Assembly: GCA_040772485.1 (NCBI GenBank)
Contig: JAXGYC010000010.1
Location: forward strand, 256,001-320,000
Source of the DNA: Sedimentisphaerales bacterium
Lineage (GTDB): Bacteria; Planctomycetota; Phycisphaerae; Sedimentisphaerales; Anaerobacaceae
Reading direction: 5' to 3'
DNA length: 64,000 nt
Shown: in pieces, positions 37,927 to 46,984 of the stretch
How the letters are laid out: each line of letters opens with the position of its first letter
Numbering within the stretch: the first letter of the stretch is position 1
The notes under the pieces: model-generated
Databases searched by the model: none
The model's input: the letters and a program-made list of their open reading frames with translations, nothing else
What the model was told of the DNA's origin: nothing
Position numbers and translations under genes: made by a program

Positions 37927-39810
37927 TCACTGGCCCCGGCGGGCGAGGATGGCCTCGATCTCGTCCATGGTCCGGTTCATGGTGAGCATGGTCTTCTCGA
38001 AGGGACCGGAGGTGGTCATATCGACGCCGGCTTTCTTGAGGATCTCGACCGGGTAGTCGGAACCGCCGGCCGAGATGAAATCGAGATAGCGTGGCACCAC
38101 TCCCTCGGCGCCGCTGAAGACCTCTTCGGCCAGGGCGGTTGCGGCGGTGAACGACGTCGAATACTGATACACGTAGAAGTTGTAGTAGAAATGCGGAATG
38201 TACGCCCACTCGACGGCATAGAGATCGTCGATCTGGCAGACGCCCTTCTCGTGGCCGTAGTAGTCCTTCAGGATGCGACCGTACAGTTCGGTCAGCGTGT
38301 CCCCCGTCACCGGCTCGCGACGCTCGACCCTCTCGTGCATGCGCAGCTCGAACTCGGCGAACTGCGTCTGGCGGAACACCGTCCCCTTGATGCCGTCGAG
38401 ATGGTTCATCAGCAGCGACAGACGCACGTCGTCGTCCTTGATCTCGCCGAGCATCTTGTGGATCAGCAGCGCCTCGTTGAACGTCGAGGCCACCTCGGCC
38501 ACGAAAATCGAGTAGTCCGCCAGCGGAAACGGTTGGTTCTTGTTGCTGTAATAGCTGTGCATCGTATGGCCCAGCTCGTGCGCCAGCGTACTGACGTCGT
38601 CGAACTGGCCGTTGTAGTTCAGCAGGATGTAGGGGTGCACATCGTAGGCATTGCCGCTGGAATAGGCGCCGGAGCGTTTGCCCGGCGTCGGATACACGTC
38701 GATCCAACGCTCCTTCAAAGCCTTCGCGACGACGCCGGCGTAGTCGGGCCCGAGCGGCCGGACCGCATCGAGAACCAGGGCCTTGGCCTCGTCGAAGCTG
38801 TACCGCAGGTCCACGTCCTTGACGACGGGAGCGTACAGGTCGGAGTACTTCAGGGTCTCGACGCCCAGCATACGCTTCTTGAGGCGCAGATAGCGGTGGA
38901 ACGTATCCAGGTTGGCCCGCACGTTGTCGATGAGGCTGTGGTAGACCTCGGTCGGGATGTTGTTGCGATCCAGCGCCTGGTGCAGACAGCTCTCGTAGTT
39001 CCGTGTCCGCATGGTGAACGCGTGAGCCTGGAGATGGGAATACAACTGGACGCCGAAGGTCTGTCTGAACCCGTTGATGGCGGACCAGAAGGCCTCGAAG
39101 ACCGCCTCGCGATCGGCGCGAATGGCCGAACTGCGATGGAGCGCGTAGCCGGCCTTGTTCAGCAGGACTTTCGTGCCGTCACCGAGCGTGATCTCGGGAT
39201 AGGGCAACTCCGCATCGCTGAAGATCCTGTAGATCGAGCCTGGGCCGCCGGCCATCAGGGCAGTTTCGGCGAGAATCTTCTCTTCCTTCTCGGAGAGTTT
39301 GTGCGCCTTGCGGCGCAGGATATCCATCAGGTACATCCGATAGACCGTCAATCCCGGCTCGGCAGTGATGAATCGCTCGATGGTCGAGGCGTCGAGCTTT
39401 ACGATCTCCGGCTCGATGTATGAGGCCCGGCTGCCGTACTCGGTCATGAGCTGCTCGACCGCCTGCTTCATCGCCAGGTACCTGGAGACCCGCGTGTCCT
39501 GGTCGGACTTCATCGACGCATAGCTGTACAGCCGGCCGAAGGTCTTGGAGATGTCGCTGTCCAGTTCAAGGCAGGCCCGCAGCGCCGCCGCATCGTTCAG
39601 CCGGCCGCGGTATTCGCCGATCGCGTCCAACCGGCCGGCCAGTTCCTCCTTTGCCTGCTCCCAAGCCTGATCCGAGGGGTAGAGGTCCTCCAGCTTCCAT
39701 TGGTAGACCTCCGCGATCTCCGAACGCTCCCTCATCTGGCCGGATGCCGCTTCAGAGAGGCAGAAAACCAGGACCGGCGATAGCATTGCGACGGTATTGA
39801 GCTTGCTCAT
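37927..39810 (-). CDS. pepF: Oligoendopeptidase F (M3B) with predicted signal peptide
   Basis: WKLEDLY, GKRSGAYS, HPYILLNY, TLAHELGH, FVAEVAS, IPHFYYNFYVYQY. Confidence 0.93.
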   Translation of the reverse strand: MSKLNTVAMLSPVLVFCLSEAASGQMRERSEIAEVYQWKLEDLYPSDQAWEQAKEELAGRLDAIGEYRGRLNDAAALRACLELDSDISKTFGRLYSYASMKSDQDTRVSRYLAMKQAVEQLMTEYGSRASYIEPEIVKLDASTIERFITAEPGLTVYRMYLMDILRRKAHKLSEKEEKILAETALMAGGPGSIYRIFSDAELPYPEITLGDGTKVLLNKAGYALHRSSAIRADREAVFEAFWSAINGFRQTFGVQLYSHLQAHAFTMRTRNYESCLHQALDRNNIPTEVYHSLIDNVRANLDTFHRYLRLKKRMLGVETLKYSDLYAPVVKDVDLRYSFDEAKALVLDAVRPLGPDYAGVVAKALKERWIDVYPTPGKRSGAYSSGNAYDVHPYILLNYNGQFDDVSTLAHELGHTMHSYYSNKNQPFPLADYSIFVAEVASTFNEALLIHKMLGEIKDDDVRLSLLMNHLDGIKGTVFRQTQFAEFELRMHERVERREPVTGDTLTELYGRILKDYYGHEKGVCQIDDLYAVEWAYIPHFYYNFYVYQYSTSFTAATALAEEVFSGAEGVVPRYLDFISAGGSDYPVEILKKAGVDMTTSGPFEKTMLTMNRTMDEIEAILARRGQ

Positions 39811-39912
39811 GACATCTCCTTATGTTGCTCTCTCTTGCCCCTTTGCGGGTCGCTCCATCCTATAGTCCGTCGCTGCGCCCTTGTCAATGCCGACCCGCAC
39901 GCCTATTCAACG

Positions 39913-39948
39913 AAAGCGGGGCTCGCATCCAGTGGACACGAGCCCCGC
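39913..39948 (-). terminator. Probable intrinsic terminator after the 39995-42937 gene
   Basis: GCGGGGCTCG-N13-CGAGCCCCGC stem followed by TTTCGTT on the minus strand. Confidence 0.65.
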
Positions 39949-39994
39949 AAGAGAAACTTCTTTCTGCTGTCAGCACCCTGACAGATGGATCGAA

Positions 39995-42937
39995 TCACTC
40001 GGCAGCCGACGGACGGCCGAAGCTGATATCATCGATGTAGACGATGCCGGAGCCGCCGTCGGTGGGATTGGCCCGATTGCCGACGCCAATCGTCATCACC
40101 TCCACCCGGCCGAGGTTCACTCCCGTGAACTCGCTCATCGGGATCAGCCATTCGTTCCAGCCCGCCAGAAGGACAGCCGCGTCGCCGGCCGGATGGCTGG
40201 CGGTGGCGGTCTTGCCCGCCGCGTCTTCCAGCGTCACGTAGAGCTGGGCGGCTCCGTTGCCTTCGGGGTGATCGCCGCCGATAGTCTCCACGGCCCAGGC
40301 GCCGTTGACGTTGCCCGTGGTCGTCACGCCGGAAAACTCCGCGCTGGCCAGGACGCCGGCGCTGTGGCTGGTGATCGCCAGACCGACGTAAACGTTCGCG
40401 CCCATCGCGATCGTCTGCGGGTTCCACGCCATCGCCGTCCAGTTCTCTCCATCGGTCGAGTAGTAGCCGTTGAACGCGTTGCCCACGCGCTCGATCTTCA
40501 CCCAGTACGGGGCGACCAGAGCGGTCTGCTCCGTGGTGACCACGCCACTGTCACTGACCGCCGCGACATCGGCCGTCAGACGGGCCTGATAGCGGCACCC
40601 GTAATCCGGCGTCGCATACACCGCCGCGAACGGCGAACCGGCCTCCAGCGTCTCGCGAATCATCACGCCCGCCTTGGTCCAGTCGACCGCACGCGATACG
40701 CTCTCGACGAGCGCCACGATCGAGCCGTCGCCGCTGAGAGGCTTGTACGCGAAACGGAACTCGTCGGTGGCGTTCCAGATGTCCGTGCCGGCCGCACCCA
40801 TCACGATCTTGCCATTGGCCAACTCCACGAACGGCCCGGGGACACCCTGGAAGCAGACCACCAGCGTGTTGGCGCCGTTGCCGCTCCAGTCCTGCGCGGC
40901 ATCAAAGGTCTGTGTGGCTTCGGAGTAGAATGGCGAAGCCGTATTGTCGTAGGCCAGCGGCATCGACTGACGGCCGGTGCGTACGATGCTCTGCTCGGCG
41001 AACGGCGCATCGAAGTAGCCGACGGTGGACCCGGTGTCGTTGACCCAGCCATCCACCCAGGTGTCGAAGATCGTCGTGCCGGTGTCGATGTTGTCGTCGT
41101 AGGTCTCGAAACCATCGATGAGAATGAAGTCGAGCGTCGAGAAGCTCCACAGATCGCCGGCCCAGACCTCGTCGCTGACCGCGTCGATCCGCCAGTAGTA
41201 GGTGGTGCCGAAGGTGAGTGGCTCCGGCGTGAAAGCGGTTCCGTCCACACTGGCCGCCAGCGACAGCTCGTCCGGTTCTGTGCCGAGATACACGTCGTGC
41301 GAAGTCGCATCGCGACCCATGCGCCAACCCAGCGGTGTATCGGGGTCGACCTGCGTCGCGCTGTCGGCCGGCTGCGGCTGGCGGGCCCGGGCGGGAATGG
41401 ACAGGAACCGGACCTCACTGAGGCCAAACTGAGGGAACAGGGTGCCCCAATTGCTGTTGACCGTCAGCCGGACCGCCCGCGCGGCCGCGCCGGCGAAGTC
41501 GACCGTGGTATTGGCGGCATATCCTGGCGCAGCGGTCGCCCGAGCGAACTCGAAATCACCCAGGACCGTCCAGTCCTCGCCGTCTTCGGAATACGCGACG
41601 GTGACGTCCTTGCAGCCATAACCCAGAACCGCCTCGAACTGCACGTTGTAGTTCCAGACGAGCATCGCGTGCAGCTTCTCGATGCGGTCGAATTCGTATT
41701 GGATGTACAGGGCGCCATCGGCCGGAGGATCGGCCAGCCACATATCGGCCGCTTCGATCGAGTGCAGGTCGGCACTGTCCAGGCCGGAGCCGTCGACTGT
41801 CTTCCCGGGGCCGGCGGTCGCTGCCGAGATCCCATTGCTGGTGGCGACGACATTCCCAAGCAAATAGGCGAACGGCTCGGTAGTGAAGCTCCAGACCTGC
41901 CCCTTGTAGATCGTGCTGTCCGGCGGCGCGTTGACCTCATCGACGCGCCAGTAGTAGGTCGTCTCGAAATCGAGAAAACCGGCCGGATCGTAATCGGCTG
42001 TCATCTGTCCCTGACTGACAAGCACACCCCTCGGATCGGTCCGGCTGGCCAGATCGACGTCCTCGAACACTGTCCCCAGATAGATGTCGTGCGTATCGGC
42101 ATAGCCCCCCGGTTCCCAGCCCAGCACAACCTCGCGCGGCACATCCACCGCCCCGCCGCCCGGGGTCGGTGCGTGCGCTGCCGCGGGTGGCGCTCCGGGC
42201 GACACCGGCGCCGCGTCCGTCGTCCACAAGGGCCCGGAGATCGTTCCATCGTTGCCCTGGGGCGAGCTGTCGGCGGCTGTCGTTCCCTGCCCCTCATTGA
42301 ATCGCCAGTAGCCGACCAGCCCTGCTTCCGTGCCCCGAAGCTCGGTGCTCATGTCGGCCAGGATCTCGGCCTCCGTGCGGGCATGGTCCCAGATGCGGAC
42401 TTCGTCGATGAGGCCGGGGAAGAACCGAGTGTTGCTGCTGGTCGAGCCGATGCGAATCCGGTCCAGAACGCTCAAGCCACTGACCGACTGCGGCATGTTG
42501 CCCAGGACGCCCTCCTGAACCCCATCAACCACGATCGCAATCTGCGTCCCGCTCTTGACGAAGGTCAGGTGGTGCCAGGCGCCGAGGACGTTCGTTCTGC
42601 CTCGTACACCCCAGACGCCGACGCCGTCGGCAGCGGTCTGGAATCGCGACCTCGGCACCCCATCGGCCTCCACCTGGAAATGAAAACCGGCGCGGCCAGC
42701 GGCAGCGCCCCAGTAGCTGTTCGACACGACGACGCGCGTGTCGTTGATCCACGGGCTATCGGCCTTGACCCAGGCCGACATGGTGATATCCTCTGAAATC
42801 AGCGCGGTGCCAATCTCGACATAGTCATTGGCGCCGTCGAATTGCAGCGCAGAGCCGCTGGCGGCCGATCCGGAACTCACGACACACGCCAGAGCCAGCA
42901 ACACCGCCCCCACGCAATGGATCAGTCGTAATCGCAT
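39995..42937 (-). CDS. Large secreted modular protein C: LamG / shared core / CBM-like domain with inserted ConA-like module
   Basis: Signal peptide; ALQFDG..ITMSAWVK..IDEVRIWD..LVGYWRFNEG; shared core; insert GTDIWNATDEFRFAY...KAGVMIRE...YWVKIER...VGLAITSH; GAGGAGG RBS. Confidence 0.88.
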   Translation of the reverse strand: MRLRLIHCVGAVLLALACVVSSGSAASGSALQFDGANDYVEIGTALISEDITMSAWVKADSPWINDTRVVVSNSYWGAAAGRAGFHFQVEADGVPRSRFQTAADGVGVWGVRGRTNVLGAWHHLTFVKSGTQIAIVVDGVQEGVLGNMPQSVSGLSVLDRIRIGSTSSNTRFFPGLIDEVRIWDHARTEAEILADMSTELRGTEAGLVGYWRFNEGQGTTAADSSPQGNDGTISGPLWTTDAAPVSPGAPPAAAHAPTPGGGAVDVPREVVLGWEPGGYADTHDIYLGTVFEDVDLASRTDPRGVLVSQGQMTADYDPAGFLDFETTYYWRVDEVNAPPDSTIYKGQVWSFTTEPFAYLLGNVVATSNGISAATAGPGKTVDGSGLDSADLHSIEAADMWLADPPADGALYIQYEFDRIEKLHAMLVWNYNVQFEAVLGYGCKDVTVAYSEDGEDWTVLGDFEFARATAAPGYAANTTVDFAGAAARAVRLTVNSNWGTLFPQFGLSEVRFLSIPARARQPQPADSATQVDPDTPLGWRMGRDATSHDVYLGTEPDELSLAASVDGTAFTPEPLTFGTTYYWRIDAVSDEVWAGDLWSFSTLDFILIDGFETYDDNIDTGTTIFDTWVDGWVNDTGSTVGYFDAPFAEQSIVRTGRQSMPLAYDNTASPFYSEATQTFDAAQDWSGNGANTLVVCFQGVPGPFVELANGKIVMGAAGTDIWNATDEFRFAYKPLSGDGSIVALVESVSRAVDWTKAGVMIRETLEAGSPFAAVYATPDYGCRYQARLTADVAAVSDSGVVTTEQTALVAPYWVKIERVGNAFNGYYSTDGENWTAMAWNPQTIAMGANVYVGLAITSHSAGVLASAEFSGVTTTGNVNGAWAVETIGGDHPEGNGAAQLYVTLEDAAGKTATASHPAGDAAVLLAGWNEWLIPMSEFTGVNLGRVEVMTIGVGNRANPTDGGSGIVYIDDISFGRPSAAE
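40201..40900. repeat. Direct repeat copy 1 (~700 nt) of the segment at 43428-44127
   Basis: Gapless alignment at offset 3227; about 32 mismatches in 700 nt by manual count. Confidence 0.9.
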
Positions 42938-43140
42938 GGCAATCCTCCTCGCATGAATCGATGATGTTTGCATAGCGGATTGACCGGCCGACGCAACCGG
43001 CCCTCTATCTGACTATTTTACTCTGCTCGCCATGTGCTGCAAAGATCCTCCAGTGAGATACTCGCCGCCATCGCCCCTCTGCTTGCCCTTCCCTGGCGTG
43101 CACTATGCCGGCTGCGGAGGCCATGCATCGTGTAACAAGA

Positions 43141-43171
43141 AGGGCCTGTACCCACAGAAGGCACAGGCCCT
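43141..43171 (-). terminator. Probable intrinsic terminator after the 43225-46170 gene
   Basis: AGGGCCTGTRCC...GGYACAGGCCCT stem followed by TCTTGTT on the minus strand. Confidence 0.65.
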
Positions 43172-43224
43172 GAACATACGCCACAATCCATACCGCTACC
43201 GCGTATCCGTCGCGATCCGGTTCG

Positions 43225-46170
43225 CTACTCGGCGACTGGTCGGCCGAAGCCGATGTCGTCGACGTAGACGATGCCGGAGCCGCCGGCGGACGGGCTGGTC
43301 CGGTTGCCGACCCCGATGGTCATCGCCTCGATCCGGGCCAGGTTCACGCCGGCCAGATCGCTGTACGGGATCGCCCATTCGTTCCAGCCGGCCAGGAACA
43401 CGGCCCCGGCACCGGCCGGATGGGTCGCGGTGGCGGTCTTGCCCGCCGCATCTTCCAGCGTCACATAGAGCTGGGCGCCTCCGTTGCCTTCGGGGTGGTC
43501 GCCGCCGATGGTCTCCACGGCCCAGGCGCCGTTGACGTTGCCCGTGGTCGCCACGCCGGAGAACTCCGCGCTGGCCAGGACGCCGGCGCTGTGGCTGGTG
43601 ATCGCCAAGCCGATGTAGACGTTCGCGCCCATCGCGATCGTCTGCGGGTTCCACGCCATCGCTGTCCAGTTCTCTCCGTCGGTCGAGTAGTAGCCGTTGA
43701 ACGCGTTGCCCACGCGCTCGATCTTCACCCAGTACGGAGCGACCAGAGCGGTCTGCTCCGTGGTGACCACGCCGCTGTCGCTGACCGCCGCAACATCAGC
43801 GGTAAGACGGGCCTGATAGCGGCACCCGTAATCCGGCGTCGCATACACCGCCGCGAACGGCGAACCGGCCTCCAGCGTCTCGCGAATCATCACACCGCCC
43901 TTGGTCCAGTCGACCGCACGCGATACGCTCTCGACGAGCGCCACGATCGAGCCGTCGCCGCTCAGTGGCTTGTACGCGAAACGGAACTCGTCGGTGGCGT
44001 TCCAGATGTCCGTGCCGGCCGCACCCATGATGATCGTGCCATTGGCCAACTCCATGAACGGCCCGGGGACACCCTGGAAGTAGACCACCAGCGTATTGGC
44101 GCCATTGCCGCTCCAGTCCTGCGCGGCGTCGAAGACTCGCGTGGTCTCGGAGTAGAACGGCGACCCGCTGTTGTCGTACAGAAGAGGCATGGACTGGCCG
44201 CCACCATGAACGATCGTCTGCTCAGCGAACGGCGCGTTTATGTAGCCTACCGTTGCGCCGGTCTGATTGACCCAGCCATCCACCCAGGTGTCGAAGATGG
44301 CCTCGCCGGCTTCGATGTCGTCGGTGTAGTCCTCGAAGCCGTCGACCAATGCGTACTCCTGTGTCGAGAAGCTCCACAGCTCGCCGGCCCACAACTCGGC
44401 CCCGGCCTCATCGATTCGCCAGTAATATGTGTTCCCGAAATCGAGCGCGTCCGGCGAGAAGCTGGCCGCCGTCACGCTGTCGGCCAGAGTCAGATTCTCC
44501 GCGTCCGTACCGAAGTAGATCTCATGCGTGGTGGCCTCGCGGCCGGCACGCCAACTCAGGATGGTGTCCGGATCGACGCCCGTGGCGCCGTCGGCCGGCT
44601 GCGGCTCGCGGGCCTGCGCCGGCGTGTAGGTGAACCGGACTTCGCTCAGACCATACTGGCCCATCACGCCGTGTCCGCTGTTGATCGTGAACCGCACGAA
44701 CTTCGCCGCGACTCCTGCAAGATCGACGACCGTATTGGCAACGTAATTGTCCGTGGCGGTCGCCTTGGCAAACTCGGTGTCCGTCAAAACTGTCCATTCG
44801 GCGCCGTCGATCGAGTACTCGATGGTAACGTCTTTGAGCCCGAAGCCCAGCACCGGCTCGAACATCACGTTGTAGTTCCAGACCCTCAACTCGTAGAGCT
44901 TGAACACCTTCTCGAACTCGAACTGAATCCAAACCGGTGCTTCCTCGCCCGGGGCGGCCATCCACATGTCAGTCGCCTCGGTGGAATGCTGATCGGCATC
45001 GTTGAGACCGGAGCCGTTGACCGTATTCTCGGGTCCGCTCGTCTCTTCGGAGACACCGTTTGTGGTCGCGATGACGTTCGCAATCGGATATGCGATCGGC
45101 TCGGTCGTGAAACTCCAGACCTTGCCGACGTACTGGGTCACGCCGTCGGCCGCAAAGCCATCCACGCGCCAGTAGTAGGTCTGGCCGAAATCCAGCGGGT
45201 CGGCTGCATCGTACGTGTCGCCGGCCTGCCCCTGGCTGACCAGGACCCCCATCGAGTTGGCCCTGCTGGCGGCGGTAACGTCATCCAGCGAAGTCCCGAA
45301 GTACACGTCGTGGGTGGCCACGCCTTCGCCCGGCATCCAGCCGAGGACCACGTCGCGAGGCACATCAGTCGCGCCGTCTTCCGGTGTCGGACTCGCGGCC
45401 CGTCCGGGCTCGATGTCTTCACCCATCATGTAGAGGATCGCATTGGCGAACACGGCCTTGCCCGTCTCGGTGAGATTGAACTTGCCTTGGGGCGTGGCGC
45501 CGGATTCCTGGGTCCCCATGCAGAAGAGCATGCGGTTGCCGGCGGGCGTGCCGGCGCCGCTGTAGAAGGCCTCGCCGGCCGGCCATTCGACGATGCATGC
45601 GTTGGTGCCCGTCGAGACGATCACCGTGCCGCTACCGAGGGTCAGCATGCCCAACATGGACGTCTGGCCCGTACCGGTCGTGCCGTCGACCAACTGGACC
45701 GTGTTGCCGGCGCCGAGGTCCACACCGGTGAAGATGGGGTGCTCGGGCAGCAGGACGTCCATCGTCGGACCGACGAGGTTGTTGATGGTGGTGGTATTGG
45801 CCCACAGCCATCGGCTGTTTCGGGCAAGGTAGCTCGTCATGTTGATCATCGGGGTCGTGACGCTGTTCCACTGGCCCACCTCGGCGGCATCTGTGGCATA
45901 CTGGGCGCTGTCGGTCGAGCGACTGACGATGATCAAATCGGCCGCGTTGAGGGCCGCGATCTTCGTCGCATCCAGCGCCGTCCAGTTGCCCCGCTGAACG
46001 TCCAACTCGTGCCCCAGAGACCGCACGAAATCCTCGGCCTCCAGGTCGTCCTGGACCCCGTCGACGTCCGTATCATACGCCTGCGAGACCCAGATGATAT
46101 TGGCCGCTTGGGACGCAGGACACAACAGAAGCCCCAGCAGCAACATGAGGGAAACGACTTTCGAGTGCAT
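43225..46170 (-). CDS. Large secreted modular protein D: N-terminal alpha/beta (GATase1-like?) domain / shared core / CBM-like domain with inserted ConA-like module
   Basis: Signal peptide; LNAADLIIVSRSTDSAQY, HPIFTG; shared core; same insert as protein C; AAGGAGG RBS. Confidence 0.87.
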   Translation of the reverse strand: MHSKVVSLMLLLGLLLCPASQAANIIWVSQAYDTDVDGVQDDLEAEDFVRSLGHELDVQRGNWTALDATKIAALNAADLIIVSRSTDSAQYATDAAEVGQWNSVTTPMINMTSYLARNSRWLWANTTTINNLVGPTMDVLLPEHPIFTGVDLGAGNTVQLVDGTTGTGQTSMLGMLTLGSGTVIVSTGTNACIVEWPAGEAFYSGAGTPAGNRMLFCMGTQESGATPQGKFNLTETGKAVFANAILYMMGEDIEPGRAASPTPEDGATDVPRDVVLGWMPGEGVATHDVYFGTSLDDVTAASRANSMGVLVSQGQAGDTYDAADPLDFGQTYYWRVDGFAADGVTQYVGKVWSFTTEPIAYPIANVIATTNGVSEETSGPENTVNGSGLNDADQHSTEATDMWMAAPGEEAPVWIQFEFEKVFKLYELRVWNYNVMFEPVLGFGLKDVTIEYSIDGAEWTVLTDTEFAKATATDNYVANTVVDLAGVAAKFVRFTINSGHGVMGQYGLSEVRFTYTPAQAREPQPADGATGVDPDTILSWRAGREATTHEIYFGTDAENLTLADSVTAASFSPDALDFGNTYYWRIDEAGAELWAGELWSFSTQEYALVDGFEDYTDDIEAGEAIFDTWVDGWVNQTGATVGYINAPFAEQTIVHGGGQSMPLLYDNSGSPFYSETTRVFDAAQDWSGNGANTLVVYFQGVPGPFMELANGTIIMGAAGTDIWNATDEFRFAYKPLSGDGSIVALVESVSRAVDWTKGGVMIRETLEAGSPFAAVYATPDYGCRYQARLTADVAAVSDSGVVTTEQTALVAPYWVKIERVGNAFNGYYSTDGENWTAMAWNPQTIAMGANVYIGLAITSHSAGVLASAEFSGVATTGNVNGAWAVETIGGDHPEGNGGAQLYVTLEDAAGKTATATHPAGAGAVFLAGWNEWAIPYSDLAGVNLARIEAMTIGVGNRTSPSAGGSGIVYVDDIGFGRPVAE
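43428..44127. repeat. Direct repeat copy 2 (~700 nt) of the segment at 40201-40900
   Basis: Same alignment as copy 1. Confidence 0.9.
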
Positions 46171-46245
46171 CAGGTGTTCCTCCTTCCAGTAGTAATGGGC
46201 GATAGCCCTACAACAGTGAGGTGATTGACGATGCCCGTAGCATCG

Positions 46246-46275
46246 TTTATACCAGATGGGGGCCTGTGACTTCAA
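46246..46275 (-). promoter_or_regulatory. Putative promoter of gene D (extended -10)
   Basis: TTGAAG-N18-TATAAA; shares ATCTGGTATAAA with the gene B promoter; followed by the inverted repeat ACGATGC-N5-GCATCGT. Confidence 0.55.
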
Positions 46276-46357
46276 GTAAAAATCGCGTCCCCCGGGCCGG
46301 CAATGGAGGGGGCATGCTGCGACGGAGCGAGGGAGGCCAGTGTATCCCCGGGCAAGG

Positions 46358-46981
46358 TCAGTTGCCCGGCCGAAGCAGCCATTCGGCAGAGAGCCTCCTG
46401 CCGGCGGGGATCAGGCAGGTGACTTCGAGCACATACATCTTCTTCTCAGGAGAGATCTGGACCGGAACCACAAATTCGTAGGCCCGCAGGAAATCCCGCC
46501 AGTATTTCTGGTTCTCGGCCGGGCTGGTCAGATCCATGTCCGGCCAGATCGCGATCCGCTGGCCCTTGGGCTCGGCGGACCGCTGAACGTAGTCGTACAG
46601 CTCGATGCGGAATACCCCGGGCGCTTTCATCTGGGAGCCGTAGGCATCCGCGAGAGAAACGTAGACATTCAACTGCTGGCCCCGATCATCTGTCGGCTGG
46701 CTCAGCTCCGTCAGAGGCAGGACGGTGATCGCTGCCGGCCCGAACCCACTCGCGGGAGCCGCGGGAGCGGCGGGAGCCGGTTCCACGACCTGCGCCGTCC
46801 TGGGCTGGGTCTGCACCAGCGGCTCGGTGTCACGAGAGGGTGAATCCCCGCTGCCTCCCGCCTGCGGCTCGCCGCATCCGGCGCAGAGCGCCATCGACAT
46901 CAGCAAGCACGGGGCGGCCCACTTCAGGAGCAGGCCGATGGACTTCCGACGGTCCGGTCGAATGATCGTTCGCTCGTCCAT
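46358..46981 (-). CDS. Hypothetical lipoprotein
   Basis: Lipobox-like LCAGC, Pro/Ala linker, globular C-terminus; 3 nt downstream of ribBA. Confidence 0.75.
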   Translation of the reverse strand: MDERTIIRPDRRKSIGLLLKWAAPCLLMSMALCAGCGEPQAGGSGDSPSRDTEPLVQTQPRTAQVVEPAPAAPAAPASGFGPAAITVLPLTELSQPTDDRGQQLNVYVSLADAYGSQMKAPGVFRIELYDYVQRSAEPKGQRIAIWPDMDLTSPAENQKYWRDFLRAYEFVVPVQISPEKKMYVLEVTCLIPAGRRLSAEWLLRPGN

Positions 46982-46984
46982 GAA

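Noticed and set aside
40201..44127. Diversity-generating retroelement TR/VR pair
   Set aside because: Mismatches are bidirectional, mostly synonymous and not adenine-restricted. The tract is ~700 nt, both copies are coding, and no reverse transcriptase is in the window.
39881..46224. Very long plus-strand ORFs (971 aa, 934 aa), and similarly 56451-59705 minus, 33739-36045 plus, 17998-19779 plus
   Set aside because: They are antisense shadows of real genes with strong GC3 bias. Their composition is Arg/Val/Gly-rich with no recognisable motifs or RBS.
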